A DNA stretch of 64,000 nucleotides, taken from IMG/VR virus record IMGVR_UViG_3300043543_000740. One strand, 5' to 3'. The notes under the pieces were generated by a model. That model was not told the DNA's origin and did not search any database. It saw only the letters and a program-made list of their open reading frames with translations. Origin of the DNA: an uncultured virus (IMG/VR IMGVR_UViG_3300043543_000740). Lineage: Duplodnaviria; Heunggongvirae; Uroviricota; Caudoviricetes. This document shows positions 48,766-59,300 of this stretch, piece by piece. How positions within the stretch are numbered: position 1 is the stretch's first letter; every line of letters starts with the position of its first letter. The position numbers were made by a program, and so were the translations under genes.

Positions 48766-49137
48766 TCAACGTGCGCCCTCCGACGCGACGTGGGCCGACG
48801 TGGGCGAACGGGCGGCCTCCGGGGCGAGGAACCGGACCGGCTTGCCCAGCGCGCGGGCCATCGCGATCTCCTCCCGCACCCCGATGCTCTCCCGCCACCC
48901 GTCGAGCATCAGCACCGCGACCTCGTCGCACCGCTCCAGGTGGACCCGGTCGATGCGTTCCCAATACGACCATGCGGTCGGCAACTCGAACTCGATGAGC
49001 GAGTGGCTGTGGACGATCGGCGAGAACACGACCTCGCCGGCGCGGAGCAGCGCGGCGGTCGCCCGGCAGGCGGCGCGGAACCGCTCTTCGCGGACCGCGG
49101 GGTCGGGATGCGAGTATGGACTGGCGAGGTAGATCAC
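48766..49137 (-). CDS. DUF1937-like protein
   Basis: Paralog of 3206-3649. Confidence 0.8.
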   Translation of the reverse strand: MIYLASPYSHPDPAVREERFRAACRATAALLRAGEVVFSPIVHSHSLIEFELPTAWSYWERIDRVHLERCDEVAVLMLDGWRESIGVREEIAMARALGKPVRFLAPEAARSPTSAHVASEGAR

Positions 49138-49499
49138 GCGGACACCTCCGCGCCGGTCCGCTCGGCCTTGCGGCCGGTGAACTTCTCCCACCGCTGGACG
49201 ATGACGTCGCAGTACAGCGGGTCCAACTCCATCAGGTACGCCTTCCGTCCGGTCTGCTCGGCGGCGATGAGCGTGCTGCCGGAGCCGCCGAACAAGTCGA
49301 GAACATGCTCACCCTCGCGGGACGAGTACTGCATCGCCCGCACGGCCAACTCGACCGGCTTCTCGGTGAGATGCACCATCGACTGCGGGTTGACCTTCTT
49401 CACGCTCCACACGTCCGTGGCGTTGTTCGGCCCGAGGTAGACGTGCGCCGCGCCCTCGCGCCAGCCGTAGAAGCACCACTCGTGGTTGCCCATGAAGTC
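49134..49499 (-). pseudogene. 3' part of the interrupted ParB-DNA methyltransferase
   Basis: DFMGNHEW...DLFGGSGS matches the C-terminus of 4032-5342. Confidence 0.9.
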
Positions 49500-51245
49500 C
49501 CCTCCGGGTAGCCGTGTGGAGCCATCGGCGAACGCACGCTCCAGGCCCGCGTGTAGGTAGACTGTGCCCGTCTTGTCGTCGGGGTTGACCTCGATCTTCT
49601 CGACGAACGCGGCGAGCATCTGCCGGTCCGCGAGGTCGATGTCCGTCCGCGTCGCCAGGGCGTCGAGTTTGGCGAACTGCTCCATCGCCCAGGCCCGCAG
49701 ATCGGCCTCGGTGATGATCGGTGTGGCAGGTTCATCGGTGGGCTTCAAGCGGGCCTCCAGCACGTCGCGCTTGGCCTTCAGGTCGGCCAGGGTGGTCCGC
49801 AGTTCGTCCAGACCGTCGAACGTCGGGTCGGCCAGCATCGACACGGTCGCCTTGATCTTGCGGTTCAGCAGGTCGAGCTCGCGCTCGTCGCCCCGCGTCG
49901 GCTTGGCCTTCGCTCGCGGGGCCAGCACCGCTTTGACGAACGCATCGACCGCCTTCTCGACCGTGGCGTGGTCGCCCAGCAGCACCTTCCGCACAGCATC
50001 CAGCACGAACCGGTCGAGGGCCGGGCCGGGGACGTTCACCACCCGGCAGACCGTCTTGCCGTAGCGGTGGTAGCCCGAGCAGGCGTAGACGCGATAGCCC
50101 TCGCCGGTCGGGCCGGGCCAGCGGCGGTCGCGGATCGTGGTGAACGGGTTGCCACACCGCTTGCACACCAGCAGGCCAGCCAGCAGGGTGCGTTTGGTCG
50201 GCCGGGCGTTGCCGTGCTCGGCCCGCCGCTTGGCCACGGCCCGCTGGGCGGCCGCCCAGGTATCCTTGCTGACCAACGCCTCGTGAACGTCCTCGCTGAT
50301 GATCCAGTCGGCCTCGGTGTTGCGCTGCCACATCTTCTTCCGCTTCGGCTTCAGCACGCCCTGGCCGTCGAGGCCGAACAGGCTGCCCATCGTGTGGCGG
50401 TTCCAGACGACCGCCCCGCGATAGACCGGGTTGCGGATCAGCTTGGCGATGCGGGCCGTGTTCCACTTCTGCCCGCCGGGCGACGGGATGCCCTCGGCGT
50501 TGAACGTCTGCGCGATGTGGTGGAAGCCGTAGCCCTGCACGCACAGGTCGAACATCCGCTTCACCACCGCTACCCGCTCGGGCAGGCTCGGGACGTAGCG
50601 GATGATGTCGCTCTTGGCCTTCTTCAGGTTGACGCCCACCGGGACCACTCGCAGCAGTCGGCCATCCGGCCCGAACTCCTGCTTACTACCGTCGGGCATC
50701 CACCGCAGCGTGCGGAGCAGTTGCCCGTCGCCGGTCAAGTGCTGCTTGTCGTAGCCGTACGGGGCCATGCCGCCGGGCGCGGACTTGCGTTCGCGGATGT
50801 TCGAGATCTGGCCCCGGATGCTGTCGCGGGCGAGCTTGACCGAGTACTGGCGGGCCTGCCAGGATTTGACGCCCTGGATCAGTTCGCCCTCGTCGCCCTC
50901 GGGGATGCCGTCGGCAGTGAAGACCACGCCGACGCCGGCCAGGTGCAGGCGGTGCAGGTAGAAGCCGGTCTCGTTGGTGCCGCCCCGCGAGAAGCGGGAG
51001 ATGTCGTAGCACAGCACCGCCTCGAAGTCGCGGCCGTTCTCGGCGGCCTTCATCATCTGCTCGAAGGCGTCGCGGCCGCGGGCACTGGTGCCGGACACCG
51101 CGTCGTCGATGTACCAGCGCAGCACGCGGTAGCCGTGCTCGGCCGCCCAGCGTTCGACGGCGGCCTGCTGGTCGGGGATCGAGCGTTCCTGCATGTCGGT
51201 GCTGCGGCGCGCGTAGCCGACGGCCGGGATCAAGGTCTTGGTCAT
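49134..51245 (-). CDS. Large serine integrase of the satellite, reading in-frame into the MTase C-terminus
   Basis: YARRS, DISRFSR and CKRC Zn ribbon; junction STRLPGG-DFMGNHEW. Confidence 0.9.
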   Translation of the reverse strand: MTKTLIPAVGYARRSTDMQERSIPDQQAAVERWAAEHGYRVLRWYIDDAVSGTSARGRDAFEQMMKAAENGRDFEAVLCYDISRFSRGGTNETGFYLHRLHLAGVGVVFTADGIPEGDEGELIQGVKSWQARQYSVKLARDSIRGQISNIRERKSAPGGMAPYGYDKQHLTGDGQLLRTLRWMPDGSKQEFGPDGRLLRVVPVGVNLKKAKSDIIRYVPSLPERVAVVKRMFDLCVQGYGFHHIAQTFNAEGIPSPGGQKWNTARIAKLIRNPVYRGAVVWNRHTMGSLFGLDGQGVLKPKRKKMWQRNTEADWIISEDVHEALVSKDTWAAAQRAVAKRRAEHGNARPTKRTLLAGLLVCKRCGNPFTTIRDRRWPGPTGEGYRVYACSGYHRYGKTVCRVVNVPGPALDRFVLDAVRKVLLGDHATVEKAVDAFVKAVLAPRAKAKPTRGDERELDLLNRKIKATVSMLADPTFDGLDELRTTLADLKAKRDVLEARLKPTDEPATPIITEADLRAWAMEQFAKLDALATRTDIDLADRQMLAAFVEKIEVNPDDKTGTVYLHAGLERAFADGSTRLPGGDFMGNHEWCFYGWREGAAHVYLGPNNATDVWSVKKVNPQSMVHLTEKPVELAVRAMQYSSREGEHVLDLFGGSGSTLIAAEQTGRKAYLMELDPLYCDVIVQRWEKFTGRKAERTGAEVSA
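49498..49520. other. att junction (integrase-proximal)
   Basis: TC-N6-GGGTAGCCGTGTGGA, inverted relative to 60093-60115. Confidence 0.85.
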
Positions 51246-51311
51246 GGGTTCGTCTCCGGGTTGCGCACCGACGCCCCGCATGGGCGGGGCGTGGCGGCGG
51301 GTTGTTTGGAA

Positions 51312-51611
51312 TCAGGCCAGCGTGAACCGGCCGCGGGCGACCTTGTGGAACTTGGCATCCTTGCCCTTGGCCCGGATCTGTCGCAGTAGGGAGGCGTACA
51401 GGGTCGCGGCCGGGGTCTTGCCCGCCGGGCTGCTCCAGAGCCCCTTGGCCATCATCGCCTCGACCATCTCACCGCAGGTCATCGGCTCGCCGGCGTCGGC
51501 CAGGACGCGCTCGGCGGCGGCGATCTGGCTCAGCTTCTCGGCCGGGGCCGGTTGCGGTTCAGGCTTCTTCTTCGGGGCTGCCTTCTTCTTCGTGGTCGTC
51601 TTCGTCGCCAT
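51312..51611 (-). CDS. HARE-HTH-like protein
   Basis: GKTPAATLYASLLRQI; third paralog. Confidence 0.8.
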   Translation of the reverse strand: MATKTTTKKKAAPKKKPEPQPAPAEKLSQIAAAERVLADAGEPMTCGEMVEAMMAKGLWSSPAGKTPAATLYASLLRQIRAKGKDAKFHKVARGRFTLA

Positions 51612-51942
51612 CGTGGTTCTCCCGCATCGGGTCGTCGTGGTCGCGGGGCGACGATCCCTCCGCGTCAGGACAGTCAGTTACAAGCCGGTTCGCCCCGGTT
51701 CCAGCGACTTCCGGCCCGATTCCGGGAGATTCTTCCGGGGCCAGCAGGTGCTTCCGACCCGCCCGGATGTCGGCCTCGAGTTGTTTGAAGAACCGCCACT
51801 CCCACAACGGCACCAGCACCACGTCCGCCTTGCCGTAGCGGGTGATGACGACCGGCTCGTCGGTGCGGGCGACGTGCAGGCAGACCATGCCCAGCCCGTC
51901 GCGCAGCAGCGACACCGCCATCTTGTGCTCGGTCGGCTTCAT
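51559..51942 (-). CDS. Phd/YefM-like antitoxin or regulator
   Basis: EPVVITRYGK..VVLVP; the C-terminal tail is doubtful. Confidence 0.6.
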   Translation of the reverse strand: MKPTEHKMAVSLLRDGLGMVCLHVARTDEPVVITRYGKADVVLVPLWEWRFFKQLEADIRAGRKHLLAPEESPGIGPEVAGTGANRLVTDCPDAEGSSPRDHDDPMRENHDGDEDDHEEEGSPEEEA

Positions 51943-52027
51943 GGTTCCTTTCCGGGTTTGGCTCCCCGCGATGAGGTCGGGCGGAACAGGCACGGGGAAC
52001 AAGACACACATCTTGTGACCAACAAAA

Positions 52028-52120
52028 TCCGGACCTGTACAAGAAGGAAACTGTGCTTACCCCGGTCGGTGTTCCGCGTGCCAATTTTTCTTTTCGATCC
52101 GGCCGGGAAGGAACCATTGG
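52028..52120. other. Satellite copy of the cos-like conserved site
   Basis: TCCGGAC..AAACTGTGC..TGTTCC..GGCCGGGAAGGAACCATTGG. Confidence 0.45.
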
Positions 52121-52178
52121 CCAGTTGTTGCGTGTGCAACACCTGATCCATTTGAATCACCCGGTCCGGCGGGTTGTC

Positions 52179-52368
52179 TTCCACACGGCTACCCCGCGAC
52201 CTCTCATCGTGCCGCGCGTGCTTGTGCGCGCTTCCTATACCCGCCCCCCGGGGTGCGTTCACGCACCCACGGGGGGTATAAGGGGGGTGCGCGCACACAC
52301 ACACAGACACCCGAGGCGGGTCAGCAAGACGCCGGGAGGAAGTTTCCACACGGCTACCCCGCGACCTC
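52179..52368. repeat. Two 25-bp direct repeats containing the att arm, flanking a long imperfect palindrome (candidate ori)
   Basis: TTCCACACGGCTACCCCGCGACCTC at 52179 and 52344. Confidence 0.75.
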
Positions 52369-52381
52369 ATGAACGCGGTCA

Positions 52382-53971
52382 TCACTCATCCTCCGGCTGG
52401 GGTCGCGTGGCGAACTGGACCGGCTGGTTGGCTCCGAACTTCCAGCGGTGGACGAGCCCGGCGGCCTCGGCCTGCTTGAGCAGCTTCTTGGCCAGCGGTT
52501 CGGGCACATCCGCCTCCGTGGCCCGGTGGACGATGCGCGCCGTCATGGCGGGCGTCTTGGTCACGAACGCCGCCACGAACGAAGGGACGGTCCACTCCGG
52601 CTTCGACGGCTTGGCCGGCTCGGGCTGCGGGGTCGGCTTCGGCTTGCGGCGGAGCTTCTCGGACTTGAGGTCGGACGGGTCGAGCGCGTCCTCGACGGTC
52701 CAGACCGGGAACGACCAGCGCAGACACCTGGGTTCGATCGGCGGCCACGAGCGGACGGCGGCGTCGAGGACGGCCACTCCGGGCTCCTCGTGCGGACGCA
52801 GGACGAGGTGCGTGTCCGCCGCACGCGACTGCGCCCCGGCCCCCGCGCCGACATCCGTGACCGCCTTGCCCGACTGGTTCCCCTTGGTGCTGTGGTGGAT
52901 CAGCACGAACGCGCACTGCAACTTCGCGGCATAGGCGTCCAGCACGTTGTACACCTGGGCCATCGTGCCGTTGTCGTTCTCGTCCGTGTCCCTCGGCATC
53001 GCCCGGTAGAAGGCGTCGATCACGACTAGCTTGTACCTGCCCGGCTCGATCCGGCTGAAGCACGGCCCCAGGCCGAAGATGTCTTTCAGCTTGCCACGCA
53101 GGTTCACGATGTCGATGCGGTCGCCGCACTCGGCGAGCGTGATGCCGCGGGCCTCCATGACCTTCGGGATGCGGCCGGCCGACGTTTCCTTGTGCAACTC
53201 GTTGTCGATGAGCAGCACCCGGCCCTGTTCGCACGGGAACAGATCGAGCCACGGGCGGCCGGTCGCCACGGCCAGGGCGAGGTCGCTCACCAGCCAGGAC
53301 TTGCCGACCTTGGGCGAAGCGATGACGTTCAGCGTCTCGCCTTCGCGGAGCAGCCCATGCACGACCGGCGGTCGCAGGTGCGGATACCGCATGACGAGTT
53401 CGCGGAGCGACTGGATGGGAAACTCGTCCGGCTCCGACTTGGCGGGTGTCGGCACCGGCTTGGTCCCGGTGCGAAGCCACTCCAAGTTGCCGGGCTTCTT
53501 GGTGAGCGGTGCCGGCTCGGGTTCCGGCGGTTCGTCCCAATCGTCGTCGGGACGGGGTGGTTCGGTGGGTTGGTCGAAGTCGATCGGCTCGGCCGCCCAG
53601 CGTTCGACTCGAGTGAGCCAGCGTTCCAGTTCCACGCCGAAGTCGCGCTCCTCGGCATCGGGGTTGAACCACGCCTGCTCGACGAACGCCAGCGCGTGAT
53701 GCCGACCGCGCAGTTGAGCCGCCAGAACCTCGTGGCCCGGCGTGTACCACTCCGCGCCGTCACGCTCGACCCGCGCGTTCTCCCGGGCGATCTGCCGCTG
53801 CTCCTCGACGAACTGGATCACCTCGATGTCCGGCCGGAGCCACTGCGACGCCTCGCGGGCACCGAGGAGAAATCCCTCCCGATAGGCATGCTCGGCCTGC
53901 TCCCGATGCGGATGGCCCTCGGGCAGCACGGAATCGCCGTAGTAGGGCACCATTTCAGTTGCGTTCGACAC
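52382..53971 (-). CDS. AAA_25 / RepA-like helicase
   Basis: ASPKVGKS, LIDNE, VVIDAFY and LIHHSTKG motifs. Confidence 0.85.
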   Translation of the reverse strand: MSNATEMVPYYGDSVLPEGHPHREQAEHAYREGFLLGAREASQWLRPDIEVIQFVEEQRQIARENARVERDGAEWYTPGHEVLAAQLRGRHHALAFVEQAWFNPDAEERDFGVELERWLTRVERWAAEPIDFDQPTEPPRPDDDWDEPPEPEPAPLTKKPGNLEWLRTGTKPVPTPAKSEPDEFPIQSLRELVMRYPHLRPPVVHGLLREGETLNVIASPKVGKSWLVSDLALAVATGRPWLDLFPCEQGRVLLIDNELHKETSAGRIPKVMEARGITLAECGDRIDIVNLRGKLKDIFGLGPCFSRIEPGRYKLVVIDAFYRAMPRDTDENDNGTMAQVYNVLDAYAAKLQCAFVLIHHSTKGNQSGKAVTDVGAGAGAQSRAADTHLVLRPHEEPGVAVLDAAVRSWPPIEPRCLRWSFPVWTVEDALDPSDLKSEKLRRKPKPTPQPEPAKPSKPEWTVPSFVAAFVTKTPAMTARIVHRATEADVPEPLAKKLLKQAEAAGLVHRWKFGANQPVQFATRPQPEDE

Positions 53972-54125
53972 GTTGCACCTCCTCCCGGCCGCGGAGCCAC
54001 TGGGCCAGGAGCCATGCCGCCAACGCCTCGGCGCGCCGCTCGACGCGGGCCTGGGCCTCGGGCGCGGGGTCGCTGAACGCCACGGTGAACGTGAACGAGC
54101 CGATCTGCGGGTTGGTGTCGGACAT
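53955..54125 (-). CDS. Small hypothetical protein (56 aa)
   Basis: GAGAGG RBS, MSDTNPQIG; overlaps the helicase start. Confidence 0.5.
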   Translation of the reverse strand: MSDTNPQIGSFTFTVAFSDPAPEAQARVERRAEALAAWLLAQWLRGREEVQRVERN

Positions 54126-54259
54126 GGCCCCTCTCCTGTGCCGGTCCTGCCGAGGCAGGGATGAACCCCACGGCGGGGTTCGGCGACGGCTTGCCGGGTC
54201 GGCAAGTCGCGTTCGCCAGAGGCGAAGAGGGTCGGTCGATAGGTTGTGTCAGTGGGCTG

Positions 54260-56102
54260 TCAGTTCTCCCCTTTGGCCTTGTACGCGGCCCGGTGGTCGG
54301 CCAGCGCGGCCCCGTAGTCGAAGTAGACCCGCCAGGACACGGCCAGCTTATTCGGCTCCGCATCCATGCCGAAGAACTCGACGTTCGGCGACTGAACACC
54401 TTGCAGGAAGGCGACGATCAGCGGGGTGTCGGCCGGCCCGGCGAACAGGTACCACGCCTTCGCCGAGGTGCCGCTGAACCGCCCCGCGTTCGACAGTCGC
54501 GGCTCCACTTCCAGCGTCACGGCGTTCTTGAGGGCGTTGCCGGTGGGCACGTCGTTGTTGGCCCGCTGCAGAAAGTCGCTCATGAGCAACTCCTTGGCGG
54601 TCTGCTGCAACTCCGGCGGCACCAGCAGCACGCGCGGCCGGATGTCCAGATCGCGGCCCTCGCCGTCGCGCTGGCTCATCATCTTGGCGATGCCCGCCCC
54701 CAGCGACGCGCTGGACAACGCCGTGGCCGTCCCGGTGTCGTAGTTGGCGTGGCCGCCGCTGAAGAAGTTCCCGGCGTTGGCCAGCAGCACCTGGTACACG
54801 AGGTCGCTCAAGGACCGCATCGCCGCCCGGCCGAGGTTCCGGGCCGTCTCGTCGAACAACGATAAATCGTCGTTCACAACATCCCTGCGGTCGATGCTGA
54901 GCATCTTGGCGAAGGTGTCGATGCGGAACGGGTAGGTCATCTCCTTGATGGAGCCGTGCTTGATCTCGCCGCCGGGGGCCAGCTGGGTGAGGTCCCCCAC
55001 GTCACTACCCCGCACCCCGGTGTGCGGCTTGAAGTCCGTCGCCGACTTGATGCCCGCGAACGACCGCCACGTCGCCGGCGTCTCGGTGTAGGCGTCCATC
55101 AGCAGCTTGTTGGCCGCGTCACCCAACGCCACCGGCAGTGAGTAGGTGGACAGCGCGGCGCGGATCAGGGCGTCCCGGCTGCTGGGAATGTCCCGGCCGT
55201 CGAGTTGCAACGCCGCCCGGCACAGGTCGATCAGGTTCGTGGCCCGGAGGTCGCGGGCCTGCTGGGCTGCCGTGGCCCCGAGGTGCCGTTCGGCGAGGTG
55301 TTCGTAGCCCATGTGGCTCAGCACCGCCGCCTCCAGCGTCTGTCGGGTCGTGGTGAACGTCCGGCTGTGGATCGTCGTCACCTGCGGCCGGCTGGCACGC
55401 AGGACTTCGAGCCGCGTGCGGCGGACATCCCAGCCTTCCACGATGGCGCGGGCCTCGATGTCGCCGAACTGCCCGCCGCACGCGGTGCGGATGGCGTGGA
55501 CCCGCTCCGTCTCGGCCAGGGCCGCCGCTCGGATGTCATCGGCCGTCTGCGTCTCGTTCATGGTGCTCTCCTTCCCTTGGGCCGCGATGGCGACCGACGT
55601 GTTCGCATCGGCCCCGATGGCGACGATGCTCACCTCCCGCAGCACGCCGGCCTTGACCAGCGTGAACCCACTCCGTCCGGCGGTGATCGCCCGGCCGTTC
55701 ACCTGCACGGATTCGCCGCCACGAACCCGCTCGTAATCGGTAGGCATCACGCCGACCGATGCTTGGAACTTGAACCCGCCCCGAGCGAGTTCAACCACCT
55801 GCCGGGCCGCCTCGGTCACGCCGGTAAGCGTGCCGTGGACGAGCAGCTTGCCGTCGATCACCTGCGCGCGGCCGTGCCCGACGATGCCGTCGAGTGTGGC
55901 GTCGTGGTCCGCCAAGAGGCTGATCTGCTCGGCTCCGGCATCAAGCCCCGCGAGGTCGATGGCAACCGGCCCCCAGCCCGGCACCGTCATCAGCCCGCCC
56001 GTGTACGCCACGATGGAAACGCTCGGCGGTTTGCCGGACGCGGCTTGAATCTCGACCTCGGCGGATGACAGCAGGATTTCTTGAGACGCAGTGGAACGCA
56101 TG
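54260..56102 (-). CDS. Satellite protease-major capsid fusion
   Basis: Homologous to 40835-42790 (AYTGG, QASVG, GGEIKHG, NDDL). Confidence 0.88.
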
Positions 56103-56392
56103 AGGTGACCGACCTCCCCGGAACGACGGAACGGAAGCAACCGGTCGGGCACGGTGCCCGCCGGTCGAGGGGTGGTTGGATGGGTGGGTCGTTGGGTTGG
56201 GTCGGTCGGTCGATGGGTTCGTTCGGGTCGTCAGGGTGGGAAGGTTTGCTCCCGGTCCTTGGCCGTCATGGCGCGACCGTTCCCCGACTGGAAGAATTGT
56301 AGCGGATGTACACCTTGACGACAAGCCCGGGAGATGATTTTCTTTCGTATAACAATGTTCTCATCGAGAAAGGCATCCCGAGAGTACTTGCC

Positions 56393-59300
56393 ATGCGTCG
56401 TTCCCTATCGTCCTGGGCCAAGAGCATCTTCCCGACCGCCCCGACTCGGCCGATCCGTAAGCCTCGTTCCTTGACCCTGGAACAGTTGGAAACGCGCGAC
56501 TGCCCGACCGTCCTGCCGCCGGGCGGCCCCGAACCGCAGCCGCCCGGCCCCGGCTTCCCGCCGGTAGCCAACCCGGACCACTTCGCCTTCGCTCCCGACG
56601 CGCCGATCCGCATCAGCGTCGCCGACCTGCTGGCCAACGACACGGCCGCGCCCGGCGTGCCGCTGACGGTCGAACTGCTCGATAGCCCCGCCGGCGGGCA
56701 ACTCGACCTGATCGACGTGGGCCTGTGGGAGTACACGCCCGGCACCGGTTTCAGCGGCAGCGACGCTTTCAGCTACCGCCTCTTCGACGGCACCGATTAC
56801 AGCCTGCCCGCCCTCGTGACCTTCGAGCAGCAGCCCACCCCGCCAAGCACACCAGCCACACCCACCGTCACCGACGTGACCGAGGCGTGGCTGACCGGCT
56901 TCGAGGATGAGGCCCTCGGCAGTGTCACCGTCGCGGTGTTCGAGACGGCCGAGGCGGACGTGCTCGACTGGACCGCCAGCATCGACTGGGGCGACGGCAC
57001 CACAACCACCGGGCAGATCGTGGCCGACGGCGACGGCCGGTTTCGCGTCGTGGGCGAACACACCTACGACGCGTGGGGCCTGTACCTCGTGCAGGTCACG
57101 CTGACCGACACGGTCGAGGAGACGCACGACCTCTACAACCTGGCGAGCATCCAGTTCCGCAACTACACTTACACGTTTACCGACCCGATCGGCAACAGCA
57201 CGCAGTTCGTCTTCGCCGAGGGCTGGCAACTCACGCAGGAGATCGACCCGCTCGGGAATTCGACCTTCTACAGCTACACCACCGACGGCCTGCTCGCCAG
57301 CCGCACCGACCGGCTGGGCCGGGCCATCACCTTCGACTACGGCACCGACGGCGTGCTCCTGAGCCAGACGTGGCTGGCCGCCGACCTGACCACCGTGGTG
57401 GACACGCTGTCGTTCAGCTACACCAGCGACGGCCTTTTGCTCAGTGCGAGCAACGGCGTCGGGGCGTACACATTCAGTTGGGCCGACGGGGTGCTGACCG
57501 GCGTGACCAACCCGTTCGGGGTGACGCTGACGTTCGGCTACGACACCGACGGCCGACGGACCTCGGTGGCCGACTCGTTCGGCGGGCTGATCACCTCGAC
57601 CTACACCGACGGCCTGCTCAGCAGCCGGACGCTCGTGGCCGGGGCGTTGAACCTGCGGGTCGATCTGGGCTACGACGCCGACGGGGTGCCGACCCAGATC
57701 AGCCGGTTCGCCGGGCCGCTGCAGGAGTTGGTGTCGCAGACGGAGTACGCCTTCGCGCAGGGCTTGCTCGCCTCGATCACGCATCGCGGCGCGGGCGGGG
57801 TGATCCTCGACCAGTTCCTCTACCAGTTCGACGAGGACGGCTTCCTCTCGCAGATCACCTCCGACTTCGTGGGCGAGACCGACTACGCCTACGACGCCGA
57901 CGGGCAGTTGACCGGCGAATCGTCAATCTTGGTGTCCAGCACGTTCAGCTACGACGCCAACGGGAACCGGGTGGGCGGCGGGTACGTCGTCGGGCCGGGC
58001 AACCGCCTGCTGGCCGACGGCACGTGGAGCTACAGCTACGACGCCGAGGGGAACCTCGTCGGCAAGACGCACCTCGTGACCGGCGATAGTTGGACCTACA
58101 GCTACGACCACCGCAACCAGATGACCCTGGCCGAGAAGCGTGACGCGAGCGGGTCGGTGGTGCTCTACGCAGTCTACAAGTACGACGTGTTCGGCAACCG
58201 CATCGAGAAGGCGGTGGACTGGGACGGTGATGGACCAAACACGCCAGTCATGACGCGGTACGTGCTTGACGGCTGGAACAACATGAAGCCGACGCCGGTC
58301 GGCAACGAGCACTTCGACGTGTACGCCGAGTTGGACGGCACGAATCAGTTGATCGCCCGGTATCTGCACGGCGACGAGTTCGACCAGACGTTCGCGCGGG
58401 TGTTGGTGGACGGCAGCACGCCCGAGGTCCACTGGCTGTTGGCCGACCACCTGAACTCGGTGCGTTTGGTGCTGGACGAGAGCGGCGCGGTACTCGACCA
58501 GATCGCCTATGATGCCTTCGGCAATATCGTGGCGCAGCTGAACCCGCTGCTCGTTAACCCGATCCTGTTCGCCTCGCGCGAGTTCGACGCCGAGACGGGC
58601 CTCTACTACAACCGCGCCCGCTACCTCGACCCCACCACCGGCTGCTGGACCACGCAAGACCCGCTCGGCTTCGCCGCCGGCGACGCCAACCTCTATCGCT
58701 ACCTGAACAACAGCCCGACCCTTGCCACCGACCCGAGTGGCTTGATCTGGTATCCGGGGAAGTATCTGTACCAGATGTACAGCGAATACCGACGGGGTCA
58801 GGAACTGGATCGCCAGATTAACCAGCATCGTGCCACGCAAAACTTACCGCCACTCCCGCCGCCGCCTCACTGGGCACGAGTGGCTGTCACGGAGTTTGGT
58901 GATGGTCTGCGGATCGGGTTTCAAGCCAACGTGAATGCGGTAGCGACGGCCGGACGTTCGTTGGTCACCTTGGGTATCTGGGCCGAGCCGTGGGAAGTGT
59001 GGGCAGTGGATGACGTCGATCGGCCGTTCTACGAGGATGGGTTTTTGGCTGCACGCTTCGGCTGGGAGTTGCTGCCGACGGCGGGGATTGGCAAGCTGAC
59101 GCAAGTGCCGGGTCAGATGGGTCGCTGGGGCCGGTACGCTCTGTACTGGGACGCTGGCCAGAATGTTGTCCAGGTCGGTCGGGGTGGTTATGATATCTAC
59201 GAAAACGGCCTGACCTGGACGAATGGCCTGCAAGTCGGCGGCCTGCTCGGACTGGGCGGCAACTACACCACTTGGCGGAGGCTGCCGAGTGTAGCTCCAG

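Noticed and set aside
49134..51281. A novel evolved recombinase-methyltransferase fusion gene
   Set aside because: The fusion is produced by integration at att; the rest of the MTase is at 60114-61060.
51268..51292. Hairpin after the satellite HARE-HTH gene as a sixth hammerhead
   Set aside because: No CTGATGA/GAAA core on either strand; it is a simple stem-loop.
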